Assembly (NCBI GenBank): GCA_964244895.1 | Contig: CAXTKV010000031.1 | Location: forward strand, 1-29,603 | Direction: 5' to 3' | DNA length: 29,603 nt | From: an uncultured Deinococcales bacterium | Lineage (GTDB): Bacteria; Deinococcota; Deinococci; Deinococcales; JAAFIG01 | Shown here: in pieces, positions 1 through 8,189 of the stretch | How positions within the stretch are numbered: the first letter of the stretch is position 1 | Layout of the letters: the number at the start of each line of letters is the position of its first letter | Made by a program: the position numbers and the translations under genes | Notes under the pieces: generated by a model | Seen by the model: only the letters and a program-made list of their open reading frames with translations | What the model was told of the DNA's origin: nothing | The model's database searches: none

Positions 1-222
1 TTTGGCGTCAGCACCGCGATTGCGGACACCGACGCGGTCGTGGGCCTGCTCAAGAAAGTGCAGTTCCCGCTGGCGTACTTCAACAAGGTCATTTCAGAGG
101 TCAGCGACGCCAAGAAACCCGTCGCGCAGGTCGCCAAGGAATTCCTGATGGAAAAGGCCGACATGTGGACCAAGTGGGTTCCGGCGGATGTCGCCAAGAA
201 GGTTCAGGACAGCCTGAAGTAA
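1..222 (+). CDS. ABC transporter substrate-binding protein, glycine betaine/proline/histidine (ProX/OpuAC-like) family, C-terminal part (5' truncated by window)
   Basis: Frame is open from base 1. The C-terminus VAKEFLMEKADMWTKWVPADVAKKV is typical of ProX/HisX-like SBPs. It lies upstream of ProW/ProV-like genes. Confidence 0.8.
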   Translation, partial: FGVSTAIADTDAVVGLLKKVQFPLAYFNKVISEVSDAKKPVAQVAKEFLMEKADMWTKWVPADVAKKVQDSLK

Positions 223-233
223 TTGAACTGCGC

Positions 234-260
234 GAGAGGTGCAGCCATGCTGCGCCTCTC
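234..260. repeat. GC-rich hairpin (REP-like) between SBP and permease
   Basis: gagaggtgcagc-cat-gctgcgcctctc forms a 12-bp stem (one G-U) just after the SBP stop, a typical position for an mRNA-stabilising hairpin. Confidence 0.6.
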
Positions 261-274
261 ACGCTGAGGCACGA

Positions 275-332
275 CTCGAGAACACCGCCTCAGACGACTT
301 TCGTGCGTTCTCGAGAACACCGTCCTGGACGC
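275..332. repeat. Palindromic intergenic repeat family A, doublet
   Basis: ctcgagaacaccgcctcagacg ... ctcgagaacaccgtcctggacg. Confidence 0.75.
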
Positions 333-361
333 ACCAACGCACGCCGCGCTCGAGGGAGATC

Positions 362-1219
362 ATGTTTCCAAGCATCAGTTTCGAGAGCGTCGACACGGCC
401 TTCCGCGCCTTCGTGCGGAGTTACGGCTTCATCTTCGATGCCGTCAAAGAGTTCCTGCTGACGTACTTGCTGATTCCGCTGAATAATTTCTTGCACTGGA
501 TTCCGCCGTGGGCCTTCCTGATCGTGGTCGGGTTGATCGCGTTTTCGGCCACGAGGCGCTGGGTCACATCCGCCCTATTCGTCGGTGCGCTCTATCTGAT
601 CGGGGCGTTCGGGTTGTGGGACAAGTTGATGTCCACCGTGGCGATCATGTTCGTGGCGACCGCGCTGTGCCTGCTGATCGGCATTCCGATCGGGATTTTG
701 ATTAGCAGGAGCGATCGGCTGCGCGCGGTCACGCTGCCCGTGCTGGACGTGATGCAGACCATGCCCGCGTACGTCTACTTGATTCCTGCCATCTTTTTGC
801 TGGGCCTGGGGCAGGTCACCGCGATCGCCGCGACCGTGATTTACGCGCTGCCGCCGCTGATTCGCCTGACCGATCTGGGCATCCGTCAAGTGGACACCGA
901 AGTGCTCGAGGCCGCGAAATCCTTCGGTACGACCCCGAGCCAATTGCTGTTCAACGTTCAGGTTCCGCTGGCCCGCCCCAGCATCATGGCGGGCGTCAAC
1001 CAGACCGTCATGATGGCCCTGGCGATGGTCACGCTGGCCAGCCTGGTCGGTGCAAAAGGGCTGGGCGAGTACGTCAACGAAGGCATCGCCAACCTGGACA
1101 TCGGCAAGGGCCTGCAGGGTGGCGTCAGCACGGTTTTGCTGGCCATCGTGATCGACCGCGTGACGCAGGCTTTCGGCATGGAGGCGCGCAAGCGCCGGAT
1201 GCTCGGGAAGACGCGGTGA
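362..1219 (+). CDS. ABC transporter permease, ProW/OpuAB family
   Basis: Motifs PVLDVMQTMPAYVYLIP and EAA loop (VLEAAKSFG), plus multiple TM helices. ATG 362 follows GGGAGA. The ORF-track extension to 239 runs through repeats. Confidence 0.92.
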   Translation: MFPSISFESVDTAFRAFVRSYGFIFDAVKEFLLTYLLIPLNNFLHWIPPWAFLIVVGLIAFSATRRWVTSALFVGALYLIGAFGLWDKLMSTVAIMFVATALCLLIGIPIGILISRSDRLRAVTLPVLDVMQTMPAYVYLIPAIFLLGLGQVTAIAATVIYALPPLIRLTDLGIRQVDTEVLEAAKSFGTTPSQLLFNVQVPLARPSIMAGVNQTVMMALAMVTLASLVGAKGLGEYVNEGIANLDIGKGLQGGVSTVLLAIVIDRVTQAFGMEARKRRMLGKTR

Positions 1220-2088
1220 CTCGAGATGAACCGATGATCGAGATTGATCACGTCTACAAACTCTTCGGCAAGCGCATCCGGGAGGCAGTCGGCCTGCTGC
1301 GACAGGGGCAATCCAAAGCCGACGTGCAACGCGCCACCAACGTCGCGGTCGGCCTGAACGACGTGAGCCTGTCCATTCCCAGGGGCGAGATTTTCGTCGT
1401 GATGGGCTTGTCCGGTTCCGGCAAGAGCACGCTGGTGCGCCATCTGAACGGACTGATTCAACCGACCGCCGGAAGCATCACGATGGACGGTCAGGAAATC
1501 ACCACGCTGAACGAGGCCGGCTGGCGCGAGTTGCGCCGCCACAAGGTCAGCATGGTCTTTCAGGGCTTCGGGTTGATGCCGCACAAGACGGCGCTCGAGA
1601 ACGCCGCCTTCGCGCTCCTGACGCGCGGTGACAAGCGAGAGGTCGCGCTGAAGGCAGCGCACGAATGGCTGGGTCGCGTCGGGCTCGAGGGCAACGAGCA
1701 CCGTTACCCGGACGAACTCTCCGGCGGCATGAAACAGCGCGTCGGGCTGGCTCGTGCGTTGGCGGCCAACACGGACATTCTCTTGATGGACGAAGCGTTC
1801 AGCGCCCTCGACCCGCTGATCCGAGCGGAGATGCAGGATCAACTCCTGATGCTGCAACGCGACCTGCACAAGACGATCGTTTTTATCACCCACGATCTGG
1901 ACGAGGCCCTGCGGATCGGCAGTCAGATCGCGATCCTCTACGGCGGTCAACTCGTGCAGGTCGGCGCGCCGAAAGATATTCTGGACAACCCCGCCAACGA
2001 TTACGTGGCGAAGTTCGTCGAGAAACGCGCGGGGAACACGGAATCTCGAGTCGAATCGGTGCAGAACCTCGAGCAATCCGTGGTGTGA
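1216..2088 (+). CDS. ABC transporter ATP-binding protein, ProV/OpuAA family (no CBS domains)
   Basis: Walker A GLSGSGKS, signature LSGGMKQRVG, Walker B LLMDEAFSALDPLIR and H-loop ITHD. GTGA overlap with the permease. Confidence 0.93.
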   Translation: MTRDEPMIEIDHVYKLFGKRIREAVGLLRQGQSKADVQRATNVAVGLNDVSLSIPRGEIFVVMGLSGSGKSTLVRHLNGLIQPTAGSITMDGQEITTLNEAGWRELRRHKVSMVFQGFGLMPHKTALENAAFALLTRGDKREVALKAAHEWLGRVGLEGNEHRYPDELSGGMKQRVGLARALAANTDILLMDEAFSALDPLIRAEMQDQLLMLQRDLHKTIVFITHDLDEALRIGSQIAILYGGQLVQVGAPKDILDNPANDYVAKFVEKRAGNTESRVESVQNLEQSVV

Positions 2089-2094
2089 TGGAAT

Positions 2095-2195
2095 GCGCCG
2101 TCCCAGACGGTATTTTAAGAATTGATCCATCGGGCGGTGTGCTCGAGCCACCTCGACACCGTCCTGCACACAACATCGGAAACACCGTCCAGCCG
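2095..2195. repeat. Palindromic intergenic repeat family A, cluster of degenerate copies
   Basis: gccgtcccagacggta; gggcggtgtgctcgag; acaccgtcctgcac; aacaccgtccagc. Confidence 0.65.
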
Positions 2196-2229
2196 GGCGG
2201 AATCGTATTCAAAAACTGGGGGAACGATC

Positions 2230-3720
2230 TTGAACATCGCCGACATGGACTGGCGCAAACTCGCCAGCGAAATCAAACTCGAGACGCGCGCCTTCATCGA
2301 CGGCCAATTCGTGGCGGCACAATCCGGCAAGACCTTTCAAAGAATCAACCCGGCTACGGGCAAGCACCTGGCGGACATCGCCGCCTGCGATGCAGCCGAC
2401 GTGGACGCCGCCGTCGAGGCTGCGCGGCGCAGCTTCAACGCGGGCGTCTGGCGCGACCTCTCGCCGAGCGCGCGCAAGGCCGTGATGCTCGAGTGGGCGC
2501 GCTTGATCCGCGAACACACAAATGAACTCGCGCTCCTGGAAACGCTGGACACCGGCAAGGCGATCAAGGAAACCACCGGCGTGGACGTGGATCGTTGCGC
2601 GGGCGCGATTCAGTGGTACGCCGAATGCATCGACAAGCTCTACGACGAGGTCGCGCCCAACGGCGCGGGCAGCCTGGTGACGGTCACGCGCGAACCCGTG
2701 GGCGTGGTCGCCGCCATCGTGCCGTGGAATTACCCGTTGATCATCGCCAGTTGGAAGCTCGGGCCAGCGCTGGCGGCGGGCAATTCCGTGATCCTGAAAC
2801 CCGCAGAACAGAGCAGCCTGGGCGCGATCAAACTGGTGGAACTTGGACACCGGGCGGGCATCCCGGACGGCGTGCTGAACGTCGTGCCGGGATTGGGCAG
2901 CGAAGCGGGTCAGGCCATCGGTATGCACCCGGACATCGACGCGGTCGTGTTCACCGGGTCGGGAACGACGGGCCGCAAACTCCTGGAGGCCAGCGCCAGA
3001 TCGAACCTCAAACGCGTCGGATTGGAACTCGGTGGCAAAAGCCCGCACATCGTCACCGACGACTGCGATCTGGACAAGGCCGCCATGTACGCCGCCTACG
3101 CGATCTGGTACAACCAGGGCGAAACCTGCAACGCGGGCTCGAGGCTGATCGTGCAGCGCACCGTCAAGGATGCGTTTCTCGAGAAGCTCAGACCGTGGGC
3201 GGACAAACTCAAACCCGGCGATCCCCTCGACCCGACCACGGAAACGGGCGCTCTGATCTCCCGCGAGCACGGCGAGAAGGTACTCGGTTACGTCGAACTC
3301 GGGGTGCGCGAGGGCGCTCGGGTGGTCATCGGCGGCCAGCGCGCGCTCCAGGAAACAGGTGGCGTGTTCATGGAACCGACCGTGCTGGACGGCGTGACCA
3401 ACGACATGCGCGTGGCGCGAGAAGAAATCTTCGGCCCCGTGCTGGTCGTGATCGAGTTCGACACGCTGGAGGAGGCCATCGAGATCGCCAACGATTCCGA
3501 GTACGGCCTGGGCGCGGCAGTCTGGTGCAACGACATCTCCAAAGCGCACCGCGCCGCGCGGCGATTGCGGGCGGGCACCGTCTGGGTCAACAATTTCGAT
3601 CACGTCTCGATCAACGTGCCGTTCGGCGGTTTCAAACAATCCGGTCACGGGCGCGACAAATCCATGCACGCCTTCGACAAGTACACCGAACTCAAAACAA
3701 CCTGGGTGGAACTTTCATGA
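2230..3720 (+). CDS. NAD(P)-dependent aldehyde dehydrogenase, PuuC/aminoaldehyde dehydrogenase-like
   Basis: Motifs IVPWNYP, KPAEQS, FTGSG, LELGGKSP, catalytic Cys in GETCNAGSR, EEIFGP and PFGGFKQSG. Probable TTG start after GGGGGA (ATG 2245 is an alternative). Confidence 0.92.
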   Translation: MNIADMDWRKLASEIKLETRAFIDGQFVAAQSGKTFQRINPATGKHLADIAACDAADVDAAVEAARRSFNAGVWRDLSPSARKAVMLEWARLIREHTNELALLETLDTGKAIKETTGVDVDRCAGAIQWYAECIDKLYDEVAPNGAGSLVTVTREPVGVVAAIVPWNYPLIIASWKLGPALAAGNSVILKPAEQSSLGAIKLVELGHRAGIPDGVLNVVPGLGSEAGQAIGMHPDIDAVVFTGSGTTGRKLLEASARSNLKRVGLELGGKSPHIVTDDCDLDKAAMYAAYAIWYNQGETCNAGSRLIVQRTVKDAFLEKLRPWADKLKPGDPLDPTTETGALISREHGEKVLGYVELGVREGARVVIGGQRALQETGGVFMEPTVLDGVTNDMRVAREEIFGPVLVVIEFDTLEEAIEIANDSEYGLGAAVWCNDISKAHRAARRLRAGTVWVNNFDHVSINVPFGGFKQSGHGRDKSMHAFDKYTELKTTWVELS

Positions 3721-4874
3721 ATCAATACGAACTGGGTCGCGTGCCGCGCATTCTCGTCGGTGAGGAATCCCTCTCGGGCCTGCGCGCCATGCTGAAAAAA
3801 TGGGAATGCTCGAGCGCCGTGCTGATCGTGGATCAGGTCGTGGCGGATGGTTACGCGCAAAAAATCAGGGATGCCCTGCAGGGCTTCTCCATCCTGGAAT
3901 ACACCGTTCCGCCCGGCGAGCCGACCGTTCAAAGCGTCAACGCCGCCGCGTTGGTCGCGCGCAGCGCACCTCGCCCGACGATCATCGGCGTGGGTGGCGG
4001 CAGCGCGCTGGACACGGCCAAACAGGTCGCGGTGGTGGCCGCATCGTTTGAGGGCGTCGAGCATTATTTGTTGTGCGCCAACCCCTTCCAGGGTCGCCGC
4101 CGGATCATCGCCATCCCGACCACGGCGGGCACGGGCGCGGAAGTCACGCGCACCTGCGTCGTCAGCGACGATGACGGACGCAAGCTCTGGACGTGGGGCA
4201 ACGAGATGCTGCCCGACGCGGTGATCCTCGATCCCATCGTGACCAGCACCATGCCCGCGACCATCACGGCAGCCACGGGCCTGGACGCTTTCGTCCACGC
4301 GCTCGAGGCGAACACCGCTCAGCGCCGCAACGCCATCTCGAGCGCGAGCGCTTTGCAGGCCATGCGGCTCGTGCGCGCGCACCTGCCGAGAGCCGTGAAC
4401 GAACCCGAAAACCTTATCGCTCGGCGCGGAATGCAGGAAGCCGCGCTCTTGGCGGGACAGGCGATAGACAACTGCGGTACGGGCATCGCGCACTGCATCG
4501 GGCACGCGCTGGGGACGCTCTATCACGTGCCGCACGGTGTCGCGGTCACGCTGGCGCTCGAGGCGACCCTGGCCTGGAACGTCGAAGGTCACGACGCCAT
4601 TTACGCCGATGCCGCCGACGCGTTCGGCGCGACCCCACAGAATTTGCCCGTCGCCCTCAAGCAACTGCTCGAAGATACGAAGTTCGCGAACGCCGTGCGC
4701 GCCCTGCCTGACGCCGTATTGGACGCGAACGCCATCAGCCAGACCATGGTCGCCATCGAGAATCAACCGATGCTGAACAACAACGCTCGCTCGGTGGGCG
4801 ACGCGGATCGCCTCGAGCTGGCGCGCCGCACCGTAGAAGTCTGGAAGGCGTACCGATCCGGGGCGAAGGCGTGA
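3717..4874 (+). CDS. Iron-containing alcohol dehydrogenase
   Basis: GGGSALD and PTTAGTGAE motifs, with metal ligands in DAFVH, AHCIGH and HVPHG. ATGA overlap with the ALDH stop. The ORF-track start at 2595 is an overlap artefact. Confidence 0.92.
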   Translation: MNQYELGRVPRILVGEESLSGLRAMLKKWECSSAVLIVDQVVADGYAQKIRDALQGFSILEYTVPPGEPTVQSVNAAALVARSAPRPTIIGVGGGSALDTAKQVAVVAASFEGVEHYLLCANPFQGRRRIIAIPTTAGTGAEVTRTCVVSDDDGRKLWTWGNEMLPDAVILDPIVTSTMPATITAATGLDAFVHALEANTAQRRNAISSASALQAMRLVRAHLPRAVNEPENLIARRGMQEAALLAGQAIDNCGTGIAHCIGHALGTLYHVPHGVAVTLALEATLAWNVEGHDAIYADAADAFGATPQNLPVALKQLLEDTKFANAVRALPDAVLDANAISQTMVAIENQPMLNNNARSVGDADRLELARRTVEVWKAYRSGAKA

Positions 4875-4878
4875 AACG

Positions 4879-4939
4879 AGAACACCGTCCAGCACGGCAT
4901 TCCTTGGCATCAAGAAAACGCTGTCCTGGACGGTGTTCT
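4879..4939. repeat. Palindromic intergenic repeat family A, inverted doublet
   Basis: agaacaccgtccagcac ... gtcctggacggtgttct (17-bp arms, one mismatch). Confidence 0.85.
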
Positions 4940-4950
4940 GTGGCGGAGCC

Positions 4951-6078
4951 GTGAGTACCATCACCCGCATCGAGATCGCGCACCACCAACTGCCGCTCGA
5001 GCCACCGTTTCCCGCGTCGTGGGATCCGAAGCCGCGCACGAAATTCCCCGCGACCATCGTGCGCGTTCACGACGATGCCGGGAACGTGGGGGTCGGCTCC
5101 GGTGACGCGATGTACGGATTTTCCGACTACCAGCATTACTTCATCGGGCGCGACCCACTCGATCTCGAGCGTCACAGCGCGGTTCTGTCCAACATCGAAT
5201 TTCACGCGGGCAGACCCTGGCCGATGGACGTGGCGCTCTGGGATCTGGCGGGCAAGATTCAGAACCAGCCCGTCTGGAAGATGGTCGGCGGCAAATCCAA
5301 CCGCATCCGCACCTACGCCAGTTCCGGCGTTCACCGCAGCCTTCCCGACATGATTGAAGTCGCACAACGCGCGCTCGAGCTCGGGTTTCCAGCGCTCAAG
5401 GTGCGCTTCGGACGCCCCGATCTGACCGACGACCTGCGCGTGGTCAGCGCCATCCGCGATGCCGTCGGCGACGCGCTCGAGTTGATGGTGGACTGCAACC
5501 AGGGCTGGCGGATGCCGTGGGATACGCTCCAACCGTGGGGTCTCGAGAAGGCCGTCAGCGTCGCGCAGCAACTCGAGGCAGAACGCGTCTACTGGGTCGA
5601 GGAACCCCTGCATCGCGGCGATTACGACGGCTATACAGAACTGAAAAAACGCGTCGGCATCCGCATCGCGGGCGGCGAGATGACCCGAGAACCCTACGAA
5701 TTCCGCGAGTTGTTAACCCGCGATTGTCTGGACGTGTTCCAGCCCGACTGCGTGTGCAGCATGGGCATCACCGGCCTTCGCAAGCTCGCGCTCGAGGTTG
5801 ACGCGCGCGGCAAGATTTTCACGCCCCACACCTGGGGCAACGGCATCGGCGTGATGGCGAATCTGCACCTGACGGCGGGCACGGTCGGCGCACCGTTCAT
5901 CGAATGGCCGTTCGATCCGCCCGAGTGGAGCCTGGATCGCCGCGATTACATCCTGACGCACCCGATCACCACCGACGCGCACGGCTGGGTCACGCTTTCG
6001 GATGAACCCGGATTGGGGATTGAACTGGACGAGACGATGCTCGAGAAAACGAAGACTGGACAGGCGACGTTTTCATAG
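4951..6078 (+). CDS. Enolase superfamily enzyme, mandelate racemase subgroup (dehydratase/racemase)
   Basis: DVALWDLAGK, a KxR motif (ALKVRFG), metal ligands in VDCNQ, VEEP and GGE, His in PHTW, and PGLGIE. GTG start after GGAG. Confidence 0.9.
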   Translation: MSTITRIEIAHHQLPLEPPFPASWDPKPRTKFPATIVRVHDDAGNVGVGSGDAMYGFSDYQHYFIGRDPLDLERHSAVLSNIEFHAGRPWPMDVALWDLAGKIQNQPVWKMVGGKSNRIRTYASSGVHRSLPDMIEVAQRALELGFPALKVRFGRPDLTDDLRVVSAIRDAVGDALELMVDCNQGWRMPWDTLQPWGLEKAVSVAQQLEAERVYWVEEPLHRGDYDGYTELKKRVGIRIAGGEMTREPYEFRELLTRDCLDVFQPDCVCSMGITGLRKLALEVDARGKIFTPHTWGNGIGVMANLHLTAGTVGAPFIEWPFDPPEWSLDRRDYILTHPITTDAHGWVTLSDEPGLGIELDETMLEKTKTGQATFS

Positions 6079-6096
6079 TCCTTCACGAGGTAGGCA

Positions 6097-6528
6097 ATGC
6101 TCGAACCTGGTTTTGAAATAGTTCATACGATGACCGATTTTTATGACGGTCCTCGACGCGGGATTGCCAACTTTAAAGGCCAGCCCCATTTGTATGTATC
6201 GGAATGGAGCGAGAAAGAGCAAGATTTTTCAGTATATCGAATTAGCCCCGTGTCCAACGACGTTTTTTTGACCGCGATGGAAGATTGGTCAATTTGGCGA
6301 CGTTGGGAAACCGCTTTTCATCAAGGCAAAACAACTCGAGAAACGCATCCAGCTTTACCGGTAGATCGAGAACGCCACCGAGAACTCGAGCAGATCCTTC
6401 AGGAATCCCTTGTGCTGGACGAAAAGGACATGACGATTGTTAGAGGTGAGTTTAGACGCGATCCAAGCTGGGATGAATTTGGCGATGCAGCACTGTATGT
6501 CCGATGGACCATAGTCGAATCCCAATGA
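6097..6528 (+). CDS. Hypothetical protein (AT-richer than neighbours)
   Basis: 143-aa ORF with GAGG RBS that exactly fills the gap between the enolase and fae genes. Codon usage is visibly more A/T-ending. Confidence 0.75.
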   Translation: MLEPGFEIVHTMTDFYDGPRRGIANFKGQPHLYVSEWSEKEQDFSVYRISPVSNDVFLTAMEDWSIWRRWETAFHQGKTTRETHPALPVDRERHRELEQILQESLVLDEKDMTIVRGEFRRDPSWDEFGDAALYVRWTIVESQ

Positions 6529-6542
6529 AACCGGAGGCATAA

Positions 6543-7040
6543 ATGTATATCGGTGAATCGTTCATCGGCAGCGGCCCGAACGCCGCGCACATCAACGTGA
6601 TGGTCGGCCCGAAAACAGGCCCGGTCGGGCACGCGTGGGCGGGGGCGCTCTCGAGCCCGACCAAGGGACACTTGCCGTTCATGGTCGTGCTGCAACCGGG
6701 CGTGCCCGTCAAACCCATGACGGCCTTCATCAACAAGGCAGATTTGCGCGGTGACACGCACGAATCCATGACCTGGGGGCCAGCCCAGGCGGGGGTCGCC
6801 AGGGGTGTTCAGGAAGCCTTGCTCGAGGGCGTGTTGCCGCCGGAAGCGGAGAACGACTGGTGCGTGATCTGCGCGGTCTGGGTTAACTGGAGCGCGGACA
6901 ACGCAGAAGAAGTTTTTGCTAACAATTACCAGGCAGCCAAAGGTGCCGTGAAAGCCGCGATGAATCTCGAGCCGAAATTGGAGGTCGTGCGCGAGGCCGC
7001 GAAGAACGTCCACAACCCGTATTTCACGCCGAAGGGTTAA
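6543..7040 (+). CDS. fae: Formaldehyde-activating enzyme (Fae) homologue
   Basis: IGESFIGxGxNAAHI (conserved His), GPKTGPVG, VKPxT, GPAQAGVARGV and NNYxA motifs of the Fae family. GGAGG RBS. Confidence 0.88.
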   Translation: MYIGESFIGSGPNAAHINVMVGPKTGPVGHAWAGALSSPTKGHLPFMVVLQPGVPVKPMTAFINKADLRGDTHESMTWGPAQAGVARGVQEALLEGVLPPEAENDWCVICAVWVNWSADNAEEVFANNYQAAKGAVKAAMNLEPKLEVVREAAKNVHNPYFTPKG

Positions 7041-7043
7041 GGA

Positions 7044-7105
7044 GAAACCGTCCAGGACGGTGTTCCTCGAGTGTAGAAATTTGCGTGCTGAACGGTGTTC
7101 TCGAG
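7044..7105. repeat. Palindromic intergenic repeat family A, doublet
   Basis: aaaccgtccaggacggtgttcctcgag ... gtgctgaacggtgttctcgag. Confidence 0.85.
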
Positions 7106-7117
7106 CGAGGGAGATCA

Positions 7118-8140
7118 ATGGAATACGTCAGGCTGGGCAACACGGGCATGAAGGTTTCAAAGTTGTGCATGGGCACGATGGGCTTCGGCACGCCAGCCTG
7201 GCGTCCGTGGGTCATGGACGAGGCCGCGAGCGCACCGGTGCTGACGGCGGCGCTGGATCGGGGCATCAACTTTTTTGACATGGCCGATTTTTATTCGGGT
7301 GGCGTGGGCGAGGAAGTGGTCGGGCGAGCATTGCTGAAGCACGCGCCGAGGGAACAGCTCGTGCTGGCCTCGAAGGCGTACTACGCGATGGGCGCGGGGC
7401 CGAACGATGGCGGTCTGTCACGTAAACATCTGTTCGACGCGATCGATGGGTCATTGAAGCGCATCGGCACGGATTACCTTGACGTGTACGTGATTCACGG
7501 CTTCGACATGGACACGCCCATAGACGAAACGCTCGAGGCGCTGGCGGACATCGTGCGTTCGGGGCGCGTGCGCTACATCGGCGCTTCGACCATGTACGCC
7601 TGGCAGTTCGTCAAGATGATTTATTCCTCGAGAATGCGCGGCTGGCCGGAGTTCGTCTCGATGCAATGCCAGTTGAACGCCGCTTACCGCGAGGAGGAAC
7701 GCGAGATGATCCCGTTCTGCCATGATCAGGGCATCGCGGTCACGCCGTTCTCGCCGCTCGCGCGGGGTTTGCTTTCGGGGAACCTGGAGAGTTTGCGCAA
7801 CAAGACGGACAACTTCACGCAAGATCAGTACGGCGATCAGACCTCGCTCGAGATCGCAAAAGCCGTGGCGAAGATCGCGCAGCATCGGGGCGTGAAGTCA
7901 TCTCAGGTGGCGCTTTCGTGGGTCGTGAACCGTCCCAGTGTGACCAGCACGCTGTTCGCGGTCGAGACGATTGAACAGATGGATCAGCAGATCGCGGCGC
8001 TCGAGTTGCAGCTCACGCCGGAAGAACTGGCGGAAATTGATCGTCACTACACGCCGTGCGACGTGATCAACGATCACCGCGCAAATCGGATTCCCAGGGT
8101 CGCGCGCCCGGCGGCGGACTCGTCCCAGGCGCGCCCCTGA
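7118..8140 (+). CDS. Aldo/keto reductase (YajO/IolS-like)
   Basis: MEYVRLGNTGMKVSKLCMGTM start, with catalytic D/Y/K/H in FDMADFY, LASK and YVIHGFD, plus SPLARG. ATG after GAGGGAG. Confidence 0.92.
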   Translation: MEYVRLGNTGMKVSKLCMGTMGFGTPAWRPWVMDEAASAPVLTAALDRGINFFDMADFYSGGVGEEVVGRALLKHAPREQLVLASKAYYAMGAGPNDGGLSRKHLFDAIDGSLKRIGTDYLDVYVIHGFDMDTPIDETLEALADIVRSGRVRYIGASTMYAWQFVKMIYSSRMRGWPEFVSMQCQLNAAYREEEREMIPFCHDQGIAVTPFSPLARGLLSGNLESLRNKTDNFTQDQYGDQTSLEIAKAVAKIAQHRGVKSSQVALSWVVNRPSVTSTLFAVETIEQMDQQIAALELQLTPEELAEIDRHYTPCDVINDHRANRIPRVARPAADSSQARP

Positions 8141-8189
8141 TCTCGACATCTCGACGAGCCGAACGTTCGACTCGAGCAAGGGAGGACGC

